Under the pieces are notes generated by a model that did not search any database, had not been told where the DNA came from, and saw only the letters and a list, made by a program, of their open reading frames with translations. Position numbers and translations under genes: made by a program. 64,000 nucleotides of DNA from Dendrobates tinctorius (lineage: Eukaryota): assembly GCF_039654945.1 (NCBI RefSeq), contig NW_027361690.1, positions 97,712,001-97,776,000 on the forward strand. The letters are read 5' to 3'. This document shows, in pieces, positions 23,409-35,753 of this stretch. The first letter of the stretch is position 1. Every line of letters begins with the position of its first letter.

Positions 23409-25564
23409 TTAATCCCGCTTTCAAACACTGACAGCGGCATTTACCACTCGCCGGCGAGAAGCACGTCATTCATCCTGCCCGTCACATGATCGCTGGGCGC
23501 CGTTGAGTTGTAATGACAGCCAGTGGTCTGCTGATGGCCCTCTGCCTGTCATTACGAGACTCCTGTGGAACGGTGGCTTGTGGTCGGCATTCATAGAAGA
23601 TTGTGATTTTTGCTATACATAGTAGAGCTGAAGTCCTGCTATGAGTAGCACAGGCGATCGGACAACCACAGCTTCAAGTCTCCTAAGGGGACTATTAATA
23701 CAGTAAAAAGTGAGCAAAAAAAAAACGTTAAAAAAAAGTTCAAATCATCCGCTTTTGCTTTAATAAATGTAAAACAAAAAAAAATAAATAAATGACTTTG
23801 TAAAACTCCGATCTAACAAAATATAAAATAATCTGATCGGTAAACAGTGTAATGAAAAAAAACAAAAAAAAAAAAAAAACACACCAGAATTCTTTTTTTT
23901 TTTTGACCACCACAACTTTGCAGTAAGAGGCGATCAAAACATCATATCTATCCCAAAACGGTATCAATAAAAGCATCAGCTCAGGTCACAAAAAATAAGG
24001 GTATGTGCACACGGTGCGGATTCTGCTGCAGATCCGCAGCGTTTCTGCAGCTGCGGGTCCGCAGCAGATTTAGGTGCGTTGTACAGTACCATTGTTTTCA
24101 ATGGTAAACTGGAAAACGCTGTGCACATGCTGTGGATTTTTCCACGCGGTTTTGCTGCGGTTTACAATCCGCAGCATGTCAATTCTTTTGTCCAGAAACG
24201 CTGCGGTTTCACACCTCATTATGAGGTGTAAAACAGCAGGCAAAACCGCAGATAAAGTCCTGCGGATTTATCTGCGGTTTTCACTACAAAATCCACAGAG
24301 GCAAAAAACCTCCGTGTGCACATAGAGCTGTGTGAAGGCTTAGGCTATGTCCTGAAAAATGAAAATGTTACAAGTCTCGGAAAATAGTGACAAAAGCGAC
24401 ATTTTTTTTCTTCTTACAAATTTGGGAATTTTGTTTTCACCACTTAAATAAAAAAACAAACAATATATGTTTGGTATCTTTGTACTCATACTAACCTGGA
24501 GAATTATATTGCCAGGTCAGTTTTACCATACAGTGAACATAGTAAATAAAAAAAAAAATCTAAAAACAATTGTGGAATTGCACTTTTTCAACACACTTGG
24601 AACTTTTTTTTTAAGCCCCGCTTTCCAGTGCATCAGATTATAAAATGAATGGTGTCATTCAAAAGTACAAGTCATCCTGCAAAAAACACAAGCCTTCATG
24701 CAGATGTGTGGACGGAAAAAAAAAAAAAAAAGAAAAAAAAAAAAAGTTACGGCTCTTGGCATAAGGGGAGGTAAAAAAAAAAACAAAGTCGCAAGGTCAT
24801 GAAGGGGGTTCAAAGCCACAAGACTGTAAAACCACATGTGCAATTTTCATCGACAGTTAAAGAGTAAAGAGTTTGTCCAAAACTACATTATTAATGACCT
24901 ATCCATCAATTTTAGATCAAAAGGAGGTCCGATATCTGTCACTGCCATCAATTAGTTATGCCAGCCCCAGCAGGGAGGGGATGAGTACAGGGCAGAGCTG
25001 TACAGCACAGCGCCATACACGATGTAGTGGTCATTCCCAGGTACTGCAGATCAGCTCCCATTCAGTTCTATAGGAACAGTACATCTTCTGCACAGTTTAT
25101 TGGCTGCTACTCGGTACTAAAGATCAGCTCCCACTTGAATTAGGAGCTCACCTGCAGCATCCACTGAATCATGATGGGACTTTGCTCTTTTAGCTTTGTA
25201 CAAAATTTACATTCAATCACTGCCAGAGCAGATAACAGCTGACCGCTGGGGCGCGAGGTTTTGGACCCCCACCGACCTATTGATGATGTATTCCTTGGAG
25301 AAGTCATCAATATGTTAGTCCTGAATAACCACTTATACAAATAACATCACATTTTGAGCCATTCATGGAGGAATAAAGCATTCACAACCCTATCCACATA
25401 CTAGGAATGAGGAGACCAATGAGGATTTTTAGAATATGAAACATCGCTTTAATCTCTTAGCAAATGAAACTGAACAATCTTCACGCAAAGATGAAGGAAT
25501 ATTTAAGTATAAGACGCTGTCATGATGGGAACATTCTCATCTTGAGGCAGAGAACATTGGACAG

Positions 25565-25806
25565 TCAGTTCTTGAGCATCTCCAGGTCTCCAGCAGAGAG
25601 GACTTCATCTATTGCAAAATCATATTCTGTTACCGGGATGGATTCGCAAATCTGTTCTTGAAACGCCAAAGCGATCGTATGTGGTTTGTCCGAAAGTTGA
25701 CGGTTGTAGCGCTCTAAGAAAGTGTCATAATATCCTTTACCCCTCCCCAAGCGGTGACCTTCCAAGTCAAAGCCGAGTCCTGGTACAAGCACAAGATCCA
25801 ATCCGC
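25565..25806 (-). CDS. MTHFS: MTHFS coding exon 3 (terminal)
   Basis: [27 protein letters not shown] signature, acceptor ttacag, stop TGA. The spliced CDS is 615 nt (204 aa + stop). Candidate ATTAAA poly(A) signal at 25448-25453 (minus). Confidence 0.97.
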
Positions 25807-26991
25807 CTGTAATAATTTGGTTGCATGTAAACAGGTGCTGCACATTTTAAAATGATTAATACTGTAACTTTGGCTGTTATCAAGTGTTTCTTGCCATTAG
25901 TCTCTCCCAATGAGTGGAATGAGACAGTTTGCCAAGGGTGAACTTGGCTGTGCTGGAGTGTTAGAGATAGCAGACAGGGAGGGGACTGGTTTAAACACAG
26001 ATCTATGCCGCATGGACAGGGGGAAAGGAATTTCCAGGAGGGCAGAGAAGACAGTCTGGACAAAAGTAGGAAAGTACATGAAGTGGAAATGACAGGATAG
26101 AAGCTGTGATACACCAGCTACAGCCTGGATACACACAGATCTCGCATCCAGCCTATATTACCGGTAGAGACACTCACACAAGGGAAACATCTAAAATTTG
26201 GATCAGGCTTCAAACTGTATATTAGGGGGTCTAAAAATTAACTAAATAATGAAGGATACAATTAACAAACCTAGAGTAAAAAAATGATTTCTCCCTTGTA
26301 AAAAAAAGTCCAGTCTTAAAGTAAAGATGCATTGTAGTAATGTAATCTTTCACACTAGTGACATTCCAGCTGTTGTAAAACTACAACTCAGAGAAGGGAA
26401 CTGTAGTTTTGTCACAGGTGGAGTGACATGGATTGAAGAACATCGATTTAAACTAATGGTATGTGATTTTTGCACCACATACTAGTACAGTACTTGGCAG
26501 TCCCATAGACAATGAATGGAGCTGCGCATGCTCCATTCAGATGGGTACAGCATCTCAGGATCACTAGGAATCCCACCGATCAGACCCCCAAACTTCCTTC
26601 TTGTGCAGGTGAGAAGAACAGGTGAACGGGAAACACATATTTGAGTGATTGTGAGGAAACCCCCCCATTGATCAAACATTTATCCTCTATCCTGTAGACA
26701 GGCAAAAAATGTGTAGGCGATGGAAGATAATGTGTTGCTGTGGCCAGCCTTCTCATGATTGGGAGCTTTCACCATCATCTCTGTGGATGAGATGGGAACT
26801 CCCATTTACATGAATCCATTTCCCCATTTTCTTCACAAAGGTCGCACATACCAGCTGTTAAAAATATTAAAAAACATTTCTCCATTAGGGTCTCATTCCT
26901 GTTTTGATTCAGTTACGGAAGACTGGATTCCTGCAAAATAAATATGATTTTGGCAGAGTGACAAAATAAAACTTTACAGAGGCTTTCTCAC

Positions 26992-27253
26992 CAGTGGCCA
27001 ATGCCTCCTCTCTGTAGTCTTCCTGTCCGGGCTGCCGTATATTCCATGTGGTTACTGGCAACAGGTTGATTTCCTCCATTGAGCTGAGCCTCACCATATC
27101 CATGTGTGTACTGCGAGGCTGGTAGCGTGGAATAAAACACAGTTTGCCTTGATGGAATATATCTCGTATGATGTCTCCAGTCTGAACCTCATCAGCCATA
27201 TTCAGAAATACGGCAACGCGCTGAGCTGTCTGGTAACGGTGGTGAGAGAGAAG
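26992..27253 (-). CDS. MTHFS: MTHFS coding exon 2
   Basis: LLSHHRYQTAQRVAVFLNMADEVQT...CFIPRY...HMDMV...WNIRQP...REEALATG within ORF 26909..27340. Acceptor ttgcag, donor G|GTGAGA; 262 nt, phase 0 to 1. Confidence 0.96.
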
Positions 27254-29661
27254 CTGCAAGAATATTTCATTATGAGAAATCTTGCATCTCACAAAATGTA
27301 GAGGATAAGAACTATGACTGTATTTCAATCTCCATACCATTATTTTGCTCTAAATACAAAATAAATAATATGGAACATATAGTATATTTTATGTGGGCAT
27401 CAGGTAGCTTCAGAGCTGAAATCTCTGAGCATTCCTCTCTGGCATAAAGGGCTATCCTCATCTCAGTGATTGTATATAACTAGGAAATGTAGGAACCAGG
27501 AGGGGGAGCAGAAACATGGACATCATGGCATATTTTTTACAATAGAGTATATTGATAAGCGTAATGATTTTATTATTCGATACAGAATGTTTCAGACTTT
27601 TTTTTGGTACAGAACAGTCTCAATGCCATCTGTCTGTCCCTCACTTCATACTTACCTAGCAGAAGTAAAATAACAAAAAGTACAACACGTTTGGCAATAA
27701 AACTGCAAGATCGGACTACCCAAGTTATGGTTGCAGGCCTTTACCATGGAAGCATAAACCCGATTATCAGACATAGGCACAAAATAAAAAGTTGCTTTGT
27801 CTCACAAGAAAATAAATGGCTGCGATCATGGACACCCCATTTAAAATGTTGGACAGTCACTCCCTTATGAAGATCAATTTTCTAGCTGCAGCAAGTGGAA
27901 CTCATCTTATTAAAAGATTGATCTGACATTAGAGGGGGGGGGGGGTCCAAAACAAAAAATTATTTTAATCCTAAATGTTTATTAAAAATGATCATAATCT
28001 TATCTCTTTTCTAATATACTTTAAAGCGGTATTCCCATGTCCAACATCCTATTCCAATATGTAGTTGGTGTAATAATAACAATATTAGCAAATACCGCCA
28101 ATTAGAAATATATTCTAGTTTTTCTGATTCGCTGTCTCTTTCCTCATGTGCAGGCATTGCAGGACCTTAGGTGTCCATTGTTCCGACAACTAGCTGTCAC
28201 TATATCACTGGTCATACCGAAGGTCCTGCAATGCCTGCACATGAGGAAAGAGACAGCGAATCAGAAAAATTATACTACATTTCTAATTGGAGGCATTTAC
28301 TAATAGTTATTACACCTACTACATATTGGGATAGGATCTTGCAGATGGGAATATCCTTTAATTAAAGAGCACCTATCATCCCTTCACTACGTTTTTTTTT
28401 TTTTACCATCTTCCTCTTTGATGCCAATTCATATGAGAACCTCCAGTGCATGCTGGGATACTCGAATGAGTTGTCAATAGGGGGTTGAAGCTGCAATCAT
28501 CACCACAGCCACTGCCCCCATCCTGATACTCCTGCACGCACTCTAAGGCTATATGCACACGGTGCGTTTCTGCTGCACATACACAGCAGAACTGCATGTG
28601 ATGTACAGCACCATTGTAGCCTATGTGAAACAAAATCTACTGTGCACATGCTGCTTTTTTTTCTGCGCGGATTTGGTGTAGAATGAAAAAAGCAGCATGT
28701 CACTTCTTTTGTGAGCTTTTGGTGCAGTTTTACACCTGCTCCATTCTTGAAATCCGCAGGTGGAAAACCGCAGGGGAAAACTGCACAAAACATGCAGTGA
28801 AACCGCACAAAAAAGCACTAAATACGCAGGATATATGCAGGTCATTTGACCTGCAGATTCAGTGTAATCTGCGCAGAAAATTCCAAAGCAGAATACGCCC
28901 CGTGTGCACATACCTTTATAAGAGTAGATGGAGCAGCAGTGCGCACGATCTACCACGGCTCCACTCACATAGGGTTCTTCAGAGGCTCTTGGGACTGGTT
29001 GGACCTGCAGTGATCAGGAAGTTATCCCAAATCTGAAACTAACCCATTAACAGAAAATCCATCAGTGGCCTTGTTGTGATGGCCCGATGGCCGAGCTTGT
29101 AACGCCTTTATCTGTCTTCTTCTGAGCTCCTCCTTCCAGCTGATTTATGGCCACAGAACTCAGCAAAGATGAAGGGAGACAAAAGCCAAACATGGCAAAA
29201 GTTATAATGAAGGTCAATTCGGCACTATTGTAGTATATGGCCCAGTCATTGAATACGCCCCAATCCCGTTCTGCGGAGGGTTCGGCCGTAACCGATGGAA
29301 CCACCAAACAGGTACCTAGACCACAGTATGGAAGCATCCTAATGCACTGTGCTTCACTACCGTCACAAACATGTTGCCTTCCAGCACCCCACACCTGTCC
29401 TGGCTACGTGCACATTCACGAGGCCTAAACCTTATCCGAGCCTGCTAACGGTAATAGCGGAGAAGTTGCCCACATCAACCAATCAGGTTACAGCTCACAT
29501 GCTCCAAGAGCATGAGAAATATGAGCTGTAATCTGATTGGCTGCTACGAGCAACTTTTTTTTGTTCAATAAACTTTATTGATAAACACTTTTCCTCTCTT
29601 ACGGGCTGCACAAGAGACGTGTTACCCCAAGAATACACAGTGCTGGGCTGTGGTCACACAC

Positions 29662-29772
29662 CTTCCGAGCTACCGCCTGGGACTGTTCAAGCTTCTCTAG
29701 CTCGCTTAGGGCTGCTAGCTTCTGCTTCAACTGAGCTCTGAGCGCCCGCTTTGCGGCTTGTACCGACGCCAT
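29662..29772 (-). CDS. MTHFS: MTHFS (5-formyltetrahydrofolate cyclo-ligase) coding exon 1
   Basis: Manual translation MASVQAAKRALRAQLKQKLAALSELEKLEQSQAVARK resembles the vertebrate MTHFS N-terminus (AKRxLRxxLKQxL). ATG at 29772; phase-0 donor AAG|GTGTGT at 29661. Confidence 0.93.
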
Positions 29773-29779
29773 CTTGGCA

Positions 29780-30480
29780 TGAATGAGAAGAAAAAAAAGA
29801 GAAAAACACTACGTTTCAGTCCTGGTCACCCGGCTCCTCCCACGGCTGAGAGGGCAGTGACCCTAGGAGCTCAGGGCTGACGCGATAGAAAACAGAGTCT
29901 GTAACCTCCAGCTGTTGTGAAAAACTACACTTCCCGGCATGCCATCGTCTGTCAAGGCATGCTGGGAGCGGCAGCATCACAAGCAGCTGATAGACCCCCT
30001 CCCAGATCACTGCCGCACAACACACGACGTTCTATCTTGATGACGTCACGCAGTCACAGAACGTCACACACTCTAGGCCAATCACTAACGGGAACACCAA
30101 GCCGGAGGCGGAGCAGAACGACTACCAGCACCGGAAATGGAAGCGAAAACCGGAAGTGTGGAAGAAGGAAGTGACTGACACCGGTAGCGCTTCTCCCCGT
30201 AACCCAGTCCTGTCCGCCTTACGTAACGGGAGTCCAAGAGGCGACAAACCACCGGCGCCGGCGGCTGGAGACACACGGGCAGGAATTCTGGGACGCGACC
30301 CATCGCTGTAGGCCTCCAGCGACTTCTCCTCCGGTCACATTGATCGAGCGCTCACCGGGACTGTCTGCCCAGGGGTCCCCCCTCCGATCCTCGGACCCCG
30401 GCCTGCGCGTGAGGTGAGTGCATGCCCCACCCGGCCGTATCATTCTGACGGGGGACTACAAGTCCCACAAGAGCCCGGCC
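29780..30480. promoter_or_regulatory. CpG-rich bidirectional promoter of MTHFS/ZFAND6 with probable non-coding first exon of ZFAND6
   Basis: High CpG density. ZNF143/SBS-like ACTACACTTCCCGGCATGC (29924-29942), CRE TGACGTCA (30041-30048), CCAAT (30078-30082), clustered ETS CCGGAA/GGAAG (30131-30175), strong donor GAG|GTGAGT at 30413/30414, second ACTACAAGTCCCA near 30455. Confidence 0.8.
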
Positions 30481-31545
30481 TCCGGTGTGCTGCTCCAGCC
30501 ATAGTGAGCTTACTGGGGCTTTCCTCATCTGACGTGGGCTCAGACCATAGAAGCAGTCACTCCCTGTGCCCGGTGATGAAATCCTGCCCTGGGGTGGTGC
30601 ACGGTGTGCCGGGACAGTGTGTCCTGGAGATGAGCGGGCAGTGCCAAGGACAAGGCAGGTACATGACATCACTAGGACGGAGCTGCTAATATTAACCGGG
30701 AGGGGCGGAGCTTTTATTTTTAGTAAAATAAAAAAAATCCTTCAGGTTACTGTTTCATATAAAGCAGACGGAGATCCAGCAGTGATGGGGTCATTGTATG
30801 TACAAAGGTAGTAAGTAGTCGGTGCCTCCCACAGCTCTGGGCAGGGACGGGGAACGTTATCACAAGCGGATGGATGTGGAGTGTGGTGTAAAGAGGTAGG
30901 AAAAAAGCTTTATCAGGTGTGTGCGCGCCAACCTGCCCCCGCGCGCGCCACATTTGTTGTGATTTATAGGTCGAGTACTGTGACGCAGCCTAACTATGTA
31001 ATAGTGATCCTACATGTGCTTCCACAAATTCTCCCCTTTGACTATATGAGTCAGTAATACGCTTTTATTTTGTTCCCAGTATTGGGGCATGTGCGCACTG
31101 TCTTTTTTTTATTTGCAGTTTTTGCTAAGACAACACAAAACCCCTCGGTGCAGGTATGCTTAGAGGCCAATCCTGACCATATAAAGGCTTTTTCCAGTCT
31201 ATTTTGTTAGACTGAATCCTAATGGTGTATTATGCCGTGTTAGGGCTCAGCTTGCCATTTGGAGTGGATGTCACTTGACTTCACTAGTGCAGTTTTCAGG
31301 CAAGTGCCGACATCTTGTCTTCTGCTTCTCACTGTTCCATCATGATACGGTCACTGCCTGGCCTGGAAAAGCCCTTTAACCCCACCATAATAGCCACCCT
31401 GGTATCTTTAAAGATGATTAGAGACTCCCGTTGTCACCTCCCCTGCAATGTGAAGTATTTTTAAAAGTATCAAATTACTACCTTATTCGTCTGGCATTGT
31501 TAATACCGTAGCAATTAATGGAAGAATTGTTATTTTTTTTTCTTA

Positions 31546-31605
<60 letters not shown>

Positions 31606-32601
31606 ATTTTAACATTACCATAATTGTGTAAAAATGAAATGAAAAAAAGCCAATGCCCCTCTTAAATTGAAGGCATAACAAAATACAAAAGAAACAAGCT
31701 GTCGCATGGCTGAACATTCTGGCTTTGGGAAGATATGGATGGAAAGTAGCTGGGATAGAAGGGGTTACATATTTCAAGTAAACTAGGTATTAGTAGGAAG
31801 TGTGTGGGACTTAGTAAGTGTGGCCATTGCTTAGTCTTGGAAACATCAGAAGTTAATGCTGTGTCAGCTCCTTTCTGGGACCATCTGATGATTTGGCTCG
31901 CCATTTGGGAGTAGGAGCGGTGTTGACTATCGGATCGGGGGGGATTTCTGTGTTGTTCAGTGCAGAACGTACATGTAATTATAATGGATTTGTTGGTTCT
32001 GTTACATGTGATCCTGATATAAAGGTGAGTTTATAGCTGTAGATATTGTTTCAGGACCTGTCTTTCCTGCATACATATGCTTTATCTGAGACCCCTTCCC
32101 ACAAAGTTGCTTCCCATGTGTCTTTTTTTCAGCTCCCATTGTTTTGCATTGTAATCCCTATGATGCTGCTGTGTCCATGGAAACTGTCATTATTGCCGGA
32201 TGTGCGGCTCACAGCTTACATGTCGCCTGCGTCCTCTTACAATTGTTTGTGTGGATTAAGACCTAAGGGAAAAGTGACAGCTTAGCTGTTGAACAGTTTT
32301 AAAAAGGTGTTTTTTCTACTCTTTATTGGGCCGTAGTCCTTGTTTAGGGTAGTGTTTGCCATATAGCGCTGTATTCTCCCCTACAGTCAGTGCTTGACTA
32401 TATTTTATAGAAAGAACTTGTGCCTCTGTGAGAAGCTAGAGTCACCCCAAAGTGCAGTAGGGTCCTGAAGCTTCTATGGCTGCTGTACGTCACTTTGGTT
32501 CTGGTTGGCCTAGGGACAATATTTATTGCCCATCCTTAGGTTTGGTGACTAATGTCTGGTAATGGGCATCCCTTGTTTCACAGGAACAGAGCGGTGGTCT
32601 C

Positions 32602-32873
32602 CAGTGATGAGCGAGTATACTCATTGCTCGGGTGTCCTCCGAGTTATTTTGGTGTGCTCGGAGATTTAGTTTTCGTCGTCTCAGCTGCATGACTTGCGGC
32701 TGCTGGACAGCTTGAATACATGTGTGGAATGCCTGCTTGTTAGGGAATTCCCACATGTATTCAGGCTGTCTAGCAGCCACAAACCATGCAGCTACTTCTA
32801 CAAAAACTAAATCTCCGAGCACGTCAAAATACTCGGCGGACACCCGAGCAACAAGTATACTCGCTCATCACTA
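32602..32873. mobile_element. hAT-type MITE
   Basis: TIR CAGTGATGAGCGAGTATACT / AGTATACTCGCTCATCACTA with perfect 8-bp TSD GTGGTCTC. A related copy at 48847-49091 has TSD CACCTCAG/CTCCTCAG. Confidence 0.85.
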
Positions 32874-33976
32874 GTGGTCTCGCATGCACACATTGCCTTG
32901 TATACAATGCTCAGCTGTTGGTCTGTGGACAATGATGGAAGATCTAGTGTGTGTTGTGTGACCCTCCGTGCCACGCAGACAAAGGAGATGGGATACATTT
33001 TGATCAGTGGGGTCTGAGCCAGCACACATTGCCACCAATCATGAGGATATATTAAATAGAGGTTTGAGAAATGCCATTTCCATAATATGGCCCAGATGCT
33101 TATGTATTTTCTCTGGCATGCCAAGGATGCCCCCATTCCTGGCAATTAGCTGATATTTTCTCCTATGAGAAATAAATGATGCCGAATTACTGCAAGCCGT
33201 CATGTGGCCGACCCTGGGGTGAGGGCACTGATGGGCCATAGCAATCAATGAAAATATTTTAATAATGTAGGTGTCATGTGTAATTACTATAATACTCCAT
33301 GACTTATGACTTCAATATTTTTGGGAGTGTGGTAAACTAAATAATGGTAATGACTAACATACCAGGAGTGACTGTCAGCTGGTATTTGCTCCACAGCATA
33401 TTTTGTACTGTACTGTAAGGACGATTATCTGGAAGTTTCTGATTTGACCAGATATAATAGTAACCTGTGTGACCATGATAAAAGTGAACCCTAGAAGTTA
33501 AGGCTGCCCTGGGACTTCAGCATGTCGTCCGAGCACTGCAGCACATGTAGTCATCTGTGTGACCCCGCAGCACATATAGTCAGCTCTGCGACCCCACCGC
33601 ACAGCAGCTGCCTGTGATACCTCGGCCTCGTAACGCTGGGTCCCGGCAGACAATGTGCTGTGTTATACCGTTGACAGCTGTCAGGAAGCGTGCACAGAGC
33701 TGGCAATTGTTCCCAGTTGTCAGGGCTTTTCCCCTCATTGGTATATTGTAGCGTGACTGAGGGATTGTCCAACTCTGGTGAAGGCATGTCCATGTACAAG
33801 CCTTCCCACAAAAATCTGCCCTGCAGAGGGATGGACACTGCTCTGGGGCCTCCAGTAGGCAGCTATGTCACCCTGGAAGTCCAGTACTACTATGGTGCCC
33901 AAACCGCTTAATACATTGACGTCTGCCTTGTCCTTTACCATTTGTGTTATTAGCAGATTCTGTGTGTGTTTATATA

Positions 33977-34750
33977 CAGTGGGGAATAGAAGTATTGGAT
34001 ACACTGCTGATTTTCCACATCTTCCCACCTACAAAGAATGGAGAGGGCGGTAATTTTTATCGTAGGTACACTTCAACTGTGAGACGGAATCTTAACAAAA
34101 ATCCAGAATATCACATTATTATTTTTGCATAATTAATTTGCATTTTATTGCATGAAATAAGTATTTGATAAAATAGAAACAGAACTTAAAGGGAACCTGT
34201 CGCCAGAAATGACACATTAGCCTGCAGGTTAACAGCACTGTGATGCTGCACGCAGATGATGGCAGCAGTGAGTAAATGATCGTTCTTCTCCCCACCAGCA
34301 TTCTGTATTCAGCCATAGGGGCGGGGAAGCGCCGATTCAGTCACCGCTCAGTGCATACAGCGCGGCCGCTGTAACTGTGCCCTCGACCCTGACTGACGCT
34401 CGCTCTACATTGCAACCTGCTGTCAGTCAAGGTCGGGGCCGTGGCTACAGCTACCGCTCTGTATTCTTCGAGCCATGCCCCGAAGACTGAATACCGAATG
34501 CTGGAGGGGAGAATAAAGATCATTTTCTCCCCGCTCCATTCAGCTGTGTTGTCATCGAACAACATCATAACGCTGGTAGCCTGCAGATTAACCGCATTAT
34601 TTCTGGTGACAGGTTCCCTTTAATATGTTACAGAAACCTTTGCAATTAGAGGTCTGATGTTTCATGTAGTTCTTGACCAGGTTTGCACCATTGTAGCAGG
34701 GATTTTGGGCCAATCCTTCATACAGATGTTCTCCAGATCTTTCAGGTTTC
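33977..34750. mobile_element. Tc1 end fragment interrupted by a TTAA-flanked MITE (about 34187-34623)
   Basis: TACAGTGGGGAATAGAAGTATT terminus similar to the full-length Tc1 TIR; the insert is bounded by TTAAAGGGAACCTGTC / GACAGGTTCCCTTTAA. Confidence 0.7.
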
Positions 34751-35400
34751 AAATTGCAACATGTTGCGTTAGACGCAGGTCGCCGCATTGTCAAAACGAC
34801 ACACGCGGAGGCATCTGCATACATCCGCATGGCCTGCGTACCCAATGTTAGAGAGGTACGTAGGCGGAGCTGAATGGAGGAGGCGCGGCAGTGGGCGGAG
34901 CTTCACGGAGGAAGTCCACAGCTCTGCCATCCGCAAGTGTGAAGCCGGCCTAAAACTTGCATGTCGGCAGTAAGAGAGCCGGTCTGTGATTCATGCTGCC
35001 CGTGGTTAGACCTTCATGAATCAGCTAACGTCTTCCCTGTAATTAAGGTCAGTGTAACACAGTAATAGACTAGTCGGTCTGTTTACTCCGAGCTGCCTCC
35101 CAAGTGCTGACCTGGCTTGTGACAAGTGTGTAAGCTTCTGTGAGGGCAGTCAGGGCTGAGTATTGGCCCAGAAGTGAATTGTTCTATAGATGTGTGTATG
35201 TAATATGTACACAGGACTGTGGGGGAAAAAGCTGCAAAATAAGAATGTTTCTTTGAAGACAAATGTTGGTCAGTCCAAATATTGATTTGCTTGCCACGCA
35301 TATCAGGTGGCATGTGCAGTCATGGACATAAGTCTCTCCCAAATCTGTCCACTAATAGAAGCTTCTGTTCACTTTACTTTCAGCTGTATGGTGGATGAAC

Positions 35401-35560
35401 ATGGCGCAAGAGACCAACCATAAACAGGCTCCTCTACTTTGTTCTAATGGTTGTGGCTTCTACGGTAATCCACGAACCAATGGACTTTGCTCCGTCTGCT
35501 ACAAAGAGTATCTACAGAGACAGAACAGCAGCAGCAGCAATGGGAGAACTAGTCCTCCAG
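35401..35560 (+). CDS. ZFAND6: ZFAND6 coding exon 1 (A20 zinc finger)
   Basis: [53 protein letters not shown]. Acceptor at 35381-35383, donor CAG|GTAGC. MAQETNH start, the C-terminal [10 protein letters not shown] and linkage to MTHFS favour ZFAND6 over ZFAND5. Confidence 0.95.
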
Positions 35561-35650
35561 GTAGCAGTGTGTGACCTCCTTGTATATCTACCTGTATAGT
35601 ATCTGAGACTCTCCATGATATAGGTATGTTTTTGTTTGTTTCGTATTCAG

Positions 35651-35753
35651 TGGTGTCAGTCGGAAGTGGGGTGGAGGCTTCCACATCACAGCATGTAGTC
35701 AATTCAAAGGGTGAAGAACCTACAGAATCTGTGGATCCACAGACACCAGACAG
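35651..35753 (+). CDS. ZFAND6: ZFAND6 coding exon 2 (linker)
   Basis: Acceptor ttcag, open frame VVSVGSGVEASTSQHVVNSKGEEPTESVDPQTPD, donor AG|GTATGA; phase 1 to 2, consistent with neighbouring exons. Confidence 0.85.
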
